NCBI GenBank assembly: GCA_963827685.1
Contig: CAWHBU010000001.1
Coordinates: forward strand, 352,001-416,000
Origin: an uncultured delta proteobacterium
Lineage (GTDB): Bacteria; Desulfobacterota; BSN033; UBA1163
Length of the DNA stretch: 64,000 bases
Direction: 5' to 3'
The notes under the pieces were generated by a model that saw only the letters and a program-made list of their open reading frames with translations, was not told the DNA's origin and searched no databases. Below, piece by piece: positions 29,095-38,751 of this stretch. The number at the start of each line of letters is the position of its first letter. Within the stretch, counting starts at the first letter, position 1. The translations under genes were made by a program, and so were the position numbers.

Positions 29095-29233
29095 AGTGAA
29101 GCTCCCCGGCCACAGGCCGGGGCTTCCCGGGCACGCAGTGGCGAGAGGGATACGAGCAAAGGGAATATCGTTTTAATCGTGCCCCTTGACCCCGCCTATC
29201 CCGCGATAGGCGGGACGGGGCGCTTGCCGGCCA
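29095..29233. mobile_element. Non-autonomous hairpin-ended element (IS200/IS605- or REP-like)
   Basis: Left hairpin GAAGCTCCCCGGCC-ACA-GGCCGGGGCTTC; right hairpin CCCGCCTATC-CCGC-GATAGGCGGG; starts directly after a stop codon. Confidence 0.6.
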
Positions 29234-29304
29234 AAGAAGGCCTGAGATAAAGAATCGAAAGATCAAAGAGAAGAAAGGCAGATGATCAGGGAGGAGGTTT
29301 GTTT

Positions 29305-30378
29305 ATGGTGGATTCGACTTTAGAACTGTTCCGGGAACTGACTGAAGCGCCTGGCATTTCCGGCTATGAGCAAGAGGTCCGTGAGATCATTCGGAGACAT
29401 CTTCAAGACATCACGACAATAGAACAGGACCGGTTGGGCAGTATTGTATGCCGAAAGAATGGCAAAGCAGAAAAGCCAAGGGTCATGCTGGCAGGACACA
29501 TGGACGAGATTGGATTTATCGTCAAACTTGTGACCGATGAGGGCTTCATCAAATTCAGTCCCCTCGGAGGATGGTGGGGACATGTGATGCTGGCCCAGCG
29601 CGTAGTGATCAAAACCCGCAAGGGCGATGTGATCGGGCTCATCGGTTCGAAACCTCCCCATATCTTGTCAGAAGAGGAACGAAAGAAGCTTCAAGAACCA
29701 AAGGACATGTACATCGATGTGGGCGCCACCTCTTCGGCTGAGGTCAAGGAACTCGGCATCCGTCCAGGTGATCCTATCATTCCAATCTGTCCCTTCACTG
29801 TCTTAGGTACTGGCAAGACTTACCTGGCCAAGGCACTGGACGATCGAGTCGGGTGTGCCCTCTTCATTGAGGTGATTAAGGGCCTCGGCCGGGAAAAACA
29901 TCCGAATACAGTGTATGGTGTTGGCACTGTCCAGGAAGAGGTAGGCCTTCGTGGAGCACGAACAAGCTCCTGGGTGGTTGAGCCGGATGTGGGGCTGACG
30001 ATGGAGGTTGGTGTTGCGGGAGATGTTCCAGATGTTAAGAAAGACGATGCCCAGGGAAGGCTTGGAAAGGGTCCAGTGATCGTGATCCGGGATGGTAGCA
30101 TGGTCCCAAACCTAAGGCTTCGGGATCTCTTCGTCAATACGGCAGAGAAATTGAAAATTCCTTATCAATTCGATATGTTGGAACGCGGTGGGACAGACTC
30201 CGGAGCAATTCATCTTCATCGTCGTGGAGTACCCAACCTTGTCGTTGCTGTTCCTACCCGGCACATTCACAGTCATGCAGGGATCATCTACCGGGATGAC
30301 TTTGACCATGCGGTGAAGCTTGTCACCGCTGTGATCAAAAAGCTTGATGCGGACACAGTAGCGAGCCTGACCGAATAA
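29305..30378 (+). CDS. M42 family aminopeptidase
   Basis: AGHMDEIG, KALDDRVG, TVQEEVGLRGA, GGTDSG, PTRHIHS. Confidence 0.93.
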   Translation: MVDSTLELFRELTEAPGISGYEQEVREIIRRHLQDITTIEQDRLGSIVCRKNGKAEKPRVMLAGHMDEIGFIVKLVTDEGFIKFSPLGGWWGHVMLAQRVVIKTRKGDVIGLIGSKPPHILSEEERKKLQEPKDMYIDVGATSSAEVKELGIRPGDPIIPICPFTVLGTGKTYLAKALDDRVGCALFIEVIKGLGREKHPNTVYGVGTVQEEVGLRGARTSSWVVEPDVGLTMEVGVAGDVPDVKKDDAQGRLGKGPVIVIRDGSMVPNLRLRDLFVNTAEKLKIPYQFDMLERGGTDSGAIHLHRRGVPNLVVAVPTRHIHSHAGIIYRDDFDHAVKLVTAVIKKLDADTVASLTE

Positions 30379-30522
30379 AGAAGGAGGATTGAATAATTTT
30401 CCCAATCGATACGTCTAAAATAATATCTTAGAAATGAATGGTGAGGTTCCTCTGATATGAGTTGTAGAAGAAAGAGGAAAAATGTGGCAAAATTAGATAG
30501 AGAGTTAAGAAGGTGGATTGAG

Positions 30523-30816
30523 ATGAAAAAATTTATAATGATCAGTGTACTTTTGCTGACAATTTTTCTGTCAAGCGGATCGGCCTTAGCTTGGCATCGT
30601 GGCCAGTTCGGGATCTTTATTACTCCACCACCCGTATGGGTGAGTCCCCCTGGTTTTTATTACCGAGGGTACTATCCCCCACCCAGTTACTACGGGCCAG
30701 ATTACTATTACAATGAGCCTTACAGAGTCTGGGTTCCGGGCCACTGGGAAGAGAGGCGGACTCCCTATGGTCGGGAAAGGACCTGGATTCCAGGTTACTG
30801 GGAATATCGGCGATAA
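30523..30816 (+). CDS. Small secreted Pro/Tyr-rich protein with WxPGxW repeats
   Basis: Signal MKKFIMISVLLLTIFLSSGSALA; WVPGHW and WIPGYW repeats. Confidence 0.75.
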   Translation: MKKFIMISVLLLTIFLSSGSALAWHRGQFGIFITPPPVWVSPPGFYYRGYYPPPSYYGPDYYYNEPYRVWVPGHWEERRTPYGRERTWIPGYWEYRR

Positions 30817-30857
30817 ATGAACGGGATTGAGGTTAAGTCCTCAATCCCGTTCATTTA
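30814..30857. terminator. Long hairpin between convergent genes
   Basis: Perfect 19-bp stem TAAATGAACGGGATTGAGG / CCTCAATCCCGTTCATTTA with a 6-nt loop. Confidence 0.75.
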
Positions 30858-30938
30858 CTAAAGTTACATCGTTGCGTTTGTTCTATCGCCTTCCTTCAAG
30901 TTACGCCTAAGGTTGAGCAGGGTTTCAACGTATTTAAC

Positions 30939-31380
30939 TCAATCCCATTTTTTTACTTTTTCCGAAATCATCTGGGTGAGTTTTTTCTTCTGCGTATCGT
31001 TCAGATTGCTTTGGAAGCCGAGCAGCAAATCAAAGGCTTTATTAAAGCGTTGAGTCTCATCCCGAAGCATTCCCTGGAGGAGAGAGGTCATCTTTTGGAT
31101 GTCGGGATTTTCTTTCGCTGCTTCCTCCTTGATTTTTACCAAGGCTTCCTTTTTTTCTTTTGAGCCCCTCCTGGAAGTTCTTCCGGATTTCGGCCTTTAA
31201 ACCTTCCAACTTCATCTTTTGATCCTCATTAAGATCGAGCTTCCCTGCGGTCTTATCTACCTTCTTAATGAAGATCTTTTCAGCCTTTGACATCGTATCG
31301 ATTCGGGGTTTGCACCCGACAACTAATCCCCCCCAAAAAAACGCCGCCATGAAATAAATGAAATACCGATTTAATTTCAT
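30939..31380 (-). pseudogene. Helical lipoprotein (Spy/CpxP-like), split by a +1 frameshift near 31160
   Basis: Lipobox VVG-C; LDLNEDQKMKL and LNDTQKKKL motifs lie in two frames; removing one A from CAAAAG restores GLKEKKEALVKIKEE. Confidence 0.65.
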
Positions 31381-31463
31381 CTTTTTTCTCCTTTCTCTCT
31401 ATGAAAAATGGATTTGGTTATTCCCTCACGCTTTCAACTTAAGTCTAATAACTGAAGTCGGGA

Positions 31464-31562
31464 AAAGTCAACCCTACGACTCCCTTTTCTAAAGGACAGG
31501 GCCTTCAGCTGAGCTTTCGACCCGGGCCCAGGTTGAGGGCTCATGCCGAAACCCTGGGCTTG
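31464..31562. repeat. Degraded palindromic repeat element
   Basis: Nested imperfect IR TTCAGCTGAGCTTTCGACC...GGTTGAGGGCTCATGCCGAA inside CAGGG...CCCTG. Confidence 0.4.
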
Positions 31563-31665
31563 TCCACCATGCGATGGCCCGAGCCAGGCCGGTTCAGCGC
31601 AATGTAAGCCTTGGGTGCTGTTGGGGCAGTAATATGAATTTGTTAGTTTATGCGGGCTTAAGGGC

Positions 31666-32202
31666 TTAAGGATGAAGGATGGAGAAACTACGGAGCTTGC
31701 TTTCGCAACTGGGACAAAACCCCGAACCCTTGCCGTCTGTGTCCGCTAAGCTGTTTGAAAAAAACATCACGCATCGGGGGTTTCCACAATGTCCTAATCC
31801 ATAAGTATGTCCTAATTCATGAACCGCTTCGGTAAAGACCCTCTGGTGAAAAAGGTCTTGATCTTCAGGCAAATGGTAAAACGTTTGCCTCAGACGGGTG
31901 ATGGAAATAACCGCGGCTTTTGAGCTTGCTTGGCCAAAGACAAAATTTAATTCGGGAACAAATAAGTCGTGGTCCACGATACCTAAGATTTTTTCGTAAG
32001 GGGCGTACTCTTTTTGCTCCATGACGGCCTTTAGTATCACTGTCGAAAGATACTGTTTTCTTTTATGATTATAAGCATGAGCCGGTTCGGGCATTCCTCT
32101 CCCTGTGACTACCTGCCTGTTAAATACTTTGGTTAAATCATTCTTCAGCCAATTCAAGACATTTCTGTCTATCTCGCCAACCGGCACCAGGATGATCTCC
32201 AT
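31666..32202 (-). CDS. Archaemetzincin-family (M54) zinc metalloprotease
   Basis: HELGHTYGLGHC...CVM..S...FCPSC; LNFVFG. Confidence 0.92.
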   Translation of the reverse strand: MEIILVPVGEIDRNVLNWLKNDLTKVFNRQVVTGRGMPEPAHAYNHKRKQYLSTVILKAVMEQKEYAPYEKILGIVDHDLFVPELNFVFGQASSKAAVISITRLRQTFYHLPEDQDLFHQRVFTEAVHELGHTYGLGHCGNPRCVMFFSNSLADTDGKGSGFCPSCESKLRSFSILHP

Positions 32203-32293
32203 TTCTCGATTCCCTTCCTTTGCAAAGGCTCGGTGTTGAAAAGGAGACTAAGAGAAAGGATTAAGACTGGCAACATCATCTCGAATGACACCC

Positions 32294-32545
32294 TCACTCA
32301 TTCTTGATGTGAAACCATTCCACGGATTTCTCATCATAATATATTATATAAAGATTCCCATCACTTCCTTTAACCTGATAGAACCTTCTTATTTTCCTGT
32401 CGTTAGATCTTTCTCCAACCCATTGCTTCAAAATTTCAATTACCTCAATTCTTTTCCAGCGAAAAAGGATCGTCCTCGGAGTTTCCTCACCCCGATAGCC
32501 CGAATAAGCGATGACCTCAATTCTTTCTTCAGATACTTCCATCAA
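32294..32545 (-). CDS. Small conserved hypothetical protein
   Basis: YSGYRGEETPR motif; ATGA overlap with the NTPase gene. Confidence 0.7.
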   Translation of the reverse strand: MMEVSEERIEVIAYSGYRGEETPRTILFRWKRIEVIEILKQWVGERSNDRKIRRFYQVKGSDGNLYIIYYDEKSVEWFHIKNE

Positions 32546-33081
32546 CTTTCGATTTCCACTTCTTTCAAGATTTTTGAAAATAAAGAGTCCCTATTCTTTT
32601 GGGTTATCCCAAAAAACCTAATATCCTGTCTTTTCCTTATCTTTTCGATCAGTCCGCTCCCCTTCAAGGCGATAGTGGCTATCACCCATTTTTCAGAATC
32701 CAGAATTTCTTCTAAGAGTTTTTTGAATTGGTCAGAGAAACATTCCATCTTCCCGATCTCATCAATGATAATGAGACGGGTTAGGAGGTCGAAAAATGAA
32801 ATCAAGTCAAGAAAATCCTCAAATCCTTTGATGTCCACCTTGTATTGACCGACCCTGTAAGGGCTTCTGATCCCCTTATGAGAAAGGAGTCCTCTCTTTC
32901 CTTCAAGACTGATCAGCTCAAATCCTCTTCTCTCACCCCCTTCTCTTATCTCTTCCGTATAAAAACCAACCGGATGAAGACTCTTCAGCCCTTCTGAAAG
33001 TTTTTTTATCAGAGTCGTCTTGCCTACACCGGGGAGTCCTGTGATGAGGAGATTCTTTTTTACTAAACCCAATGGGATCAA
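32542..33081 (-). CDS. THEP1/NTPase_1-family nucleoside triphosphatase
   Basis: ITGLPGVGKTT, GFYTEEIR, IIIDEIGKME. Confidence 0.92.
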   Translation of the reverse strand: MIPLGLVKKNLLITGLPGVGKTTLIKKLSEGLKSLHPVGFYTEEIREGGERRGFELISLEGKRGLLSHKGIRSPYRVGQYKVDIKGFEDFLDLISFFDLLTRLIIIDEIGKMECFSDQFKKLLEEILDSEKWVIATIALKGSGLIEKIRKRQDIRFFGITQKNRDSLFSKILKEVEIES

Positions 33082-33096
33082 CCTTTCCCTTATTTA

Positions 33097-33900
33097 CTAT
33101 TTATCCTTTGCTCCTCCCTCTTCCTTCGAGACAGGAGCGTGAGAGACGGGTTCCTCTGGGGAGGAGGGTTCTGAGCTTTCTGTCACCTCTTCATACTCCG
33201 GGATGACAATCCCCCTTTCTATCATGATGCTGTAAATGACGTTCGACCGGTTGATCACATATCGCTGATCTCCAACCGGGTTGTATTTTCTTGGATTCGG
33301 CAGGACGGATGCCAGCCTGGCCGCCTCCTCAGGAGTCAGTTCAGAGGGAGGTTTCCCATAATAGTGCCTCGAAGCCGCGTCCACGCCGAATATCCCTTCT
33401 CCCCACTCCGCCACATTGAGATAAAGTTCAAGAATTCGTTTTTTGGATAGGACTTTCTCCATTCTCCAGGTGATGACGGCTTCGGAGATCTTCCTGATCA
33501 AGGACTTTTCAGGAGAAAGATAAAGATTTCTCGCCAACTGTTGGGTGATGGTACTTCCGCCGGACTTAAATTTCTTAGCTTTGAGATCCTTTTCGATGGC
33601 CTTCTGTATCGCCTCATAGTCAAAGCCTTCGTGTTTCCAAAATTTATCATCTTCTGCAATGAGGACAGCCTTGATGAGGTATGGGGATATTTTAGAAAGA
33701 GGCACCCAACTCTGATCCATCCTGTATCTTTTCTTCTTCTCTTTGTATGCCCTTTCTCGATACTCCATGAGTGCCGTCTTTTTTGGGTTCTCTTTTCTGA
33801 GTTTTGAAAGATCGGGCATCAAAAGAAGGTAGAGAAGAGAGAGAAAGCCGGCGATAAATAACGCAACAACTAGCCATTTCCAATGCCCTCTTTTGACCAT
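33097..33900 (-). CDS. mtgA: Monofunctional peptidoglycan transglycosylase
   Basis: AEDDKFWKHEGFD, GGSTITQQLARNL, RKISE, ILELYLN. Confidence 0.93.
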   Translation of the reverse strand: MVKRGHWKWLVVALFIAGFLSLLYLLLMPDLSKLRKENPKKTALMEYRERAYKEKKKRYRMDQSWVPLSKISPYLIKAVLIAEDDKFWKHEGFDYEAIQKAIEKDLKAKKFKSGGSTITQQLARNLYLSPEKSLIRKISEAVITWRMEKVLSKKRILELYLNVAEWGEGIFGVDAASRHYYGKPPSELTPEEAARLASVLPNPRKYNPVGDQRYVINRSNVIYSIMIERGIVIPEYEEVTESSEPSSPEEPVSHAPVSKEEGGAKDK

Positions 33901-33920
33901 CTAACTCTCTTTATCGATTA

Positions 33921-34042
33921 CAAATCGCCAATTCCAAATTCCAGATGGATCCTGAGTTCCAATTTCAAATCGCCGAAGCAATTTCATTTCGGATTTGGAA
34001 TTTGAGTATAGGAGTTTATTTGTTATTCGGTATTTGGTGCTT
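33921..34042. repeat. Heptamer-periodic inverted-repeat element
   Basis: CAAATCG-CCAATTC-CAAATTC...CAATTTC-AAATC faces GGATTTG-GAATTTG...GTATTTG-GTGCTT. Confidence 0.6.
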
Positions 34043-34125
34043 AACCCGGAATTCCATATGATTGCGTGGATAGAGGTTAAGAAAAATCATCAGATCTTGG
34101 CTGTTCACATATGAGAACTGGGTTA

Positions 34126-34762
34126 TTATCCTCGGACAAACGGATTGTGTCGCCTCTCGTATTGGATGGTCGAAGTGGGTGCGGATCCGTAATTATGACC
34201 GGGGAAGACCACGGTCTCACCAGGTAAGACATAGAGTTTTTGCCGGACAGACGCCTCCAGTACATCCCATGAACTCCCCGGGAAATCGGTCCTCCCCACC
34301 GAGCCCACGAAGAGGGTGTCGCCTGTAAATACCATCCCATCTGAATAGAGGGACATTCCCCCCGGGGAATGTCCCGGCGTGTGGATCACTTTCAGTTTAA
34401 CATGACCCACCTGAATGGCATCTTCCTCTTTGACCAGGATGTCGGCTTGAGGAGAGGGCGTGGCGCCGAACATCTCGAGAAGATAGGGAGGGACTCGAAC
34501 CAGAGCCTCTTGCATCCTCTTCATGGATGATGATCTTGGCTCCGGTTTTTTGCACCATCTCGGCGTTCCCCATGATATGGTCCACATGAGAATGGGTGTT
34601 GACGATATATTTAATCTTATCTAAACCATGGGATTTCGCTTCCGCGAGAAGCCTCTTGGCATCATCCGCAGGATCAATGAACAAACCTTCCCGACTTTCC
34701 TCATCTCCAATCAGATAACAGAACACTGCAAAATTACCAACCTCATATTGCTTAACAACCAT
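34126..34762 (-). pseudogene. MBL-fold hydrolase (glyoxalase II-like), split by a +1 frameshift near 34510
   Basis: THSHVDH in one frame; HTPGHSPGG, FTGDTLF and PGH in the other; removing one A at GCAAGAGG joins them. Confidence 0.8.
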
Positions 34763-34876
34763 CTTCTCCCTCCGCCTCAACGCATCTCCCATTACTATAA
34801 TTTATGGACTTCTGATCTTCAACTTTTTTTCTTGACAAATTTTTTTTGACCCCATACACTGATCACTACCGGTTAT

Positions 34877-34894
34877 ATACTAACTGTTTAGTAT
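34877..34894. promoter_or_regulatory. Probable TetR operator
   Basis: Palindrome ATACTAA-CTGT-TTAGTAT just upstream of the TetR ATG and downstream of a TTGAC element. Confidence 0.65.
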
Positions 34895-34905
34895 GGAAAA
34901 AACGA

Positions 34906-35520
34906 ATGAAAAAACTTAACAACAAAAATCTCCAGTCCCAAGAGACCGCAAACCGGATCCTCAATCAGGCGGTGAGAATATTTTTGGAAAAGGGTTATCA
35001 TGGGACTTCGATCGAGGATATTACTCGAGCAGCCAAGTTGACCAAGGGGGCTCTTTATTGGCATTTCAGAAGCAAAGAGGATCTGCTGAAAAAAATTGTC
35101 GAGGAATATGAAAAACGATTCTTGGACGGGATGATTCAAGCCGTGAATGAGGTGAAGGGAAGTATTCCTGATAAGATTGAGAAGTACTTTCGATACAATT
35201 CGGCTTTTGCTTACTACAATCGAGAATTATGCGTTTCCTTTGACACATTGGCCGCGGAACTGGTTGGAGCTCATCATGGAATAGAGGCCGAATTTAGAAG
35301 GATTTATAGAAAATATCAGAAATTTTTATCAAACTTAATTGTTCAAGGGAAAAAAGAGAAGGTTTTTAAGAGGGAAATGGATGAAGATCTCAGCGCTCTG
35401 GTCATTATCGCCTTCCATGTCGGGATCTTGCTCCAATGGTCTATGAATAAGGATGAGATTGACGGCGAGGCCTATGTGGATACGTTTAAAAAAATCATGC
35501 TCAATGGCATGATGGCGTAG
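34906..35520 (+). CDS. TetR/AcrR family transcriptional regulator
   Basis: KGYHGTSIEDITRAAKLTKGALYWHFRSKEDL helix-turn-helix. Confidence 0.93.
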   Translation: MKKLNNKNLQSQETANRILNQAVRIFLEKGYHGTSIEDITRAAKLTKGALYWHFRSKEDLLKKIVEEYEKRFLDGMIQAVNEVKGSIPDKIEKYFRYNSAFAYYNRELCVSFDTLAAELVGAHHGIEAEFRRIYRKYQKFLSNLIVQGKKEKVFKREMDEDLSALVIIAFHVGILLQWSMNKDEIDGEAYVDTFKKIMLNGMMA

Positions 35521-35535
35521 CTCAGGGAGGAAGGA

Positions 35536-36684
35536 ATGGATTTTGAACTGACGAATCGGCAAAAGCAGATCTGTCGGGCTGCTCGGGAGTTTGCGGAGGG
35601 GGAGTTTCCTGAGGTCGCTCGAGAATACGACCGCCGAGAGGAATTCCCACGAGACCTTTGGAAGAAGGCTTGCGAACTGGGCTTTATCGGCGTTTTTGTC
35701 AAGAAAGAATATGGAGGCCTCGGATTAGGCTTCCTTGAATTTGCCATGGTGATGGAAGAATTTTGGAGAGTGGATCCTGGCTGTGGGAATATTCTGCTCA
35801 CAGCATTTGGCTCTGAATTGATTCAGCTTTATGGCACCGAGGATCAGAAAAAGAAGTACCTTCCTCCTCTCACCAGGGGAGAGGCGATTATGGGGACGGC
35901 CATTACAGAGCCTGATGCAGGGAGCGATATCCTCTCCATTTTGACCGCAGCAAGAAAAGATGGGAATGACTATGTGATCAACGGATCGAAGCAATTTATT
36001 ACAAACGGAAGTATTGCCAGCCATATCGTGGTATTCTGTTTAACCGATACCGAAGCGGAATCGAGGCTCAAGAGGTTCGGAACGATCGTTGTGGAAACAG
36101 ATCGTCCGGGATTCGGGGCGATGAAGTTAACCGGAAAGCTGGGGATCAGGGCCTCTGATACGGCAGAGATCAGGTTGAGCGATGTGAGGGTTCCGAAAGA
36201 GAACCTGATCGGTGGGAAAGAGGGAGAAGGTTTTTCTCAAATTATGCAGCTCTTTAACATCAATCGTGTCATTGCTGCCTCGCAGGGCGTGGGGGTGGCC
36301 CAAGGGGCGCTGGAGAAGGCGATCAAACATGTGAAGGAGAGAAAACAGTTCGGACAACCCATTGGTGCCTTTCAAGCCGTCCAATTTAAGATTGCGGAGA
36401 TGGCGACATGGGTAGAGGCTGCAAGGGCTCTCACCTATAAAGCGGGATGGATGATTGATCACGGGAAGGTGGACCCCAAACTGATTTCGATTGCTAAATA
36501 TTTAGCTGGAGAGATTGGAGTCAAAGTGGCCAATGAGGCCCTTCAGCTCCACGGCGGATACGGGTATATCGCGGATTATGATATTGAGCGTTTCTACAGG
36601 GACGCCAAGATCGTTGAGATCTACGAAGGGACGAAGGAGATCGAAAAAAACACCATCGCCCGGGAGCTATTGGGGAGGCTATAA
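35536..36684 (+). CDS. Acyl-CoA dehydrogenase
   Basis: AITEPDAGSD, INGSKQFITNG, KLGIRASDT, RKQFG, HGGYGY, IYEGTKE. Confidence 0.95.
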   Translation: MDFELTNRQKQICRAAREFAEGEFPEVAREYDRREEFPRDLWKKACELGFIGVFVKKEYGGLGLGFLEFAMVMEEFWRVDPGCGNILLTAFGSELIQLYGTEDQKKKYLPPLTRGEAIMGTAITEPDAGSDILSILTAARKDGNDYVINGSKQFITNGSIASHIVVFCLTDTEAESRLKRFGTIVVETDRPGFGAMKLTGKLGIRASDTAEIRLSDVRVPKENLIGGKEGEGFSQIMQLFNINRVIAASQGVGVAQGALEKAIKHVKERKQFGQPIGAFQAVQFKIAEMATWVEAARALTYKAGWMIDHGKVDPKLISIAKYLAGEIGVKVANEALQLHGGYGYIADYDIERFYRDAKIVEIYEGTKEIEKNTIARELLGRL

Positions 36685-36755
36685 GAGAGTCACACCAAAT
36701 CCCAGACTGCGGCAGTGTTTGGCATTTGACATTCTTTATTAAGGAGTTTGAAAGT

Positions 36756-37901
36756 ATGGACTTTGAGCTCACGGTGGAACAGAAGGATATCAAAAAGGCG
36801 GCGCGAGAATTTGCAGAGGGAATGTTTCCAGAGGTTGCAGAAGAGTGTGACCTCCATGAAACATTTCCAAGAGCACTCTGGAAGAAGGCTTGTGACCTTG
36901 GATTCATTGGGGTCTTTATTGACGAAGCCTATGGAGGACCGGGCCTGGGTTTTCTGGAGCATGCCTTCATCGCTGAGGAGTTCGCCCGGGTGGATGCAGG
37001 CTGCGGGACTATCATCCATACGACCTTGGGTTCTGAATTTATTCTTTTGTTCGGTAGAGAAGAGCAGAAGAGGGAATATCTGCCTCTCTTACCAAAGGGA
37101 GAAGCCATCATGGGAATGGCCATCACCGAACCGGACGCCGGAAGTGATGTGGCCTCCGTTTCTACCGTGGCTCGAAGAATGAAGGATCTTTATGTGATCA
37201 GTGGGAATAAAATGTTTATTACGAATGGGAGCATTGCCGATTTCTTGGTCATCCTCTGCCTCACCAATGAAAATGAGGAAGTGAAGCCCAAACGCCATAG
37301 TGCCCTGATCGTCGAGAAAAGTCGAAAGGGATTTGAAACCAGTCAACTGAAGCGAAAATTAGGAATGCGGGCTTCGGATACGGCAGAACTCCATTTTTCA
37401 GATGTGGAGGTCCCTTTAGAGAATCTGGTAGGCGAAAAAGAAGGAGAGGGATTTCACCAGCTCATGGCTGTTTTCAATAGAACGCGAGTCACGGTGGCCT
37501 TCCAGGGGGTGGGGATTGCCCAGGGAGGATTGGAAAAGGCCATCCAATATTCAAAGCAGAGAAAACAGTTTGGAAGACCCTTAGGAAGTTTTCAAGGGAT
37601 TCAGTTCAAATTGGCCGAGATGGCAAGCTTGGTCGAAGCCGCAAGAGCCCTTTGTTATCAGGCAGGCTGGATGGTGGACCACGGAAAGATTGATCCCAAA
37701 CTGATCTCGATGGCGAAATGGTTTTCGGGGGAGGCGGCTGTTAAAGTTATCGATGAGGTGGTTCAAATCCACGGCGGGTACGGTTATCTTGGGGAGTACG
37801 GCATTGAACGGCTTTATCGAGACGCCAAACTCGTGGAGATCGTCGAAGGGACCAAGGAGATTGAAAAGTTAATCATCGCCCGAGAAATACTCGGGAGGTG
37901 A
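36756..37901 (+). CDS. Acyl-CoA dehydrogenase (tandem paralog)
   Basis: Same motifs; colinear with the upstream gene (MDFELT, LWKKAC, IARExLGR). Confidence 0.95.
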   Translation: MDFELTVEQKDIKKAAREFAEGMFPEVAEECDLHETFPRALWKKACDLGFIGVFIDEAYGGPGLGFLEHAFIAEEFARVDAGCGTIIHTTLGSEFILLFGREEQKREYLPLLPKGEAIMGMAITEPDAGSDVASVSTVARRMKDLYVISGNKMFITNGSIADFLVILCLTNENEEVKPKRHSALIVEKSRKGFETSQLKRKLGMRASDTAELHFSDVEVPLENLVGEKEGEGFHQLMAVFNRTRVTVAFQGVGIAQGGLEKAIQYSKQRKQFGRPLGSFQGIQFKLAEMASLVEAARALCYQAGWMVDHGKIDPKLISMAKWFSGEAAVKVIDEVVQIHGGYGYLGEYGIERLYRDAKLVEIVEGTKEIEKLIIAREILGR

Positions 37902-37947
37902 CGAATTCCTGTGCTGCACGGGTTAGAGGTTCCACAGAGAGGGCCTA

Positions 37948-38751
37948 ATGATTCGAAAGGAAAAGCCCGTTTTTAAAAAAATCATCTTTGAAAAAGAAGA
38001 AGGGATTGCAGTGATTCGATTCAATCGGCCTGAGGTGATGAATGCATTTGATATGGAAACGGTGGAGGAGTTGATCAAGGCAATCGGTCGTATTCGGAAT
38101 GACGATGATACGAAAGTTCTAATTATTACAGGAAGTGGGAAAGCCTTCTGCGTTGGAGTCGATATAACAACCATAAAAGGAATCCATACGGATCAAGGGA
38201 CCAAATTCCTAAAAAGGGGCCATCAGATCATCTTGAATTTAGTCACCCTTGAAAAACCCATTATTGCCGCCATTAATGGTTATGCGTTCGGAGCCGGCTG
38301 GAACCTTGCGTTGGCTTCCGACATTATCATCGCATCAGACGATGCGAAGTTTTCTCAATCTTTCGTCAAAATCGGATTAGTGTCAGATATGGGAGGGATG
38401 TATTTTTTGCCAAGATCCGTTAGTTTAAACAAGGCCAAGGAATTGATGTTTGTCGGCGAGACGATAGATGCAAAAGAAGCTGAAAGAATCGGGATGGTAA
38501 ATAGAGTGGTTCCCAAAGATGGCCTGGAAAGGGTTGCAAAGGAGTTGGCAAAAAAAATAGCTCTGGGGCCATTAGAACCCATCGGATTGATGAAAAAGAT
38601 ATTAAATCAATCTGCTTATCTCGATCTCCCCTCTTTGCTGGAATTGGAAGCTCAGGCTCAGGAAATATGTTCTCAGACAGACGATCATAAAAGAAGGATA
38701 GAGGCATTTTTGGAAAGAAGAAGAAAAACTTTAAAGAAAGTCAAAAGGTGA
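37948..38751 (+). CDS. Enoyl-CoA hydratase/isomerase family protein (PaaG-like active site)
   Basis: FNRPEVMNA, AFCVGVD, INGYAFGAGWNLALASD, GLVSDMGG. Confidence 0.9.
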   Translation: MIRKEKPVFKKIIFEKEEGIAVIRFNRPEVMNAFDMETVEELIKAIGRIRNDDDTKVLIITGSGKAFCVGVDITTIKGIHTDQGTKFLKRGHQIILNLVTLEKPIIAAINGYAFGAGWNLALASDIIIASDDAKFSQSFVKIGLVSDMGGMYFLPRSVSLNKAKELMFVGETIDAKEAERIGMVNRVVPKDGLERVAKELAKKIALGPLEPIGLMKKILNQSAYLDLPSLLELEAQAQEICSQTDDHKRRIEAFLERRRKTLKKVKR

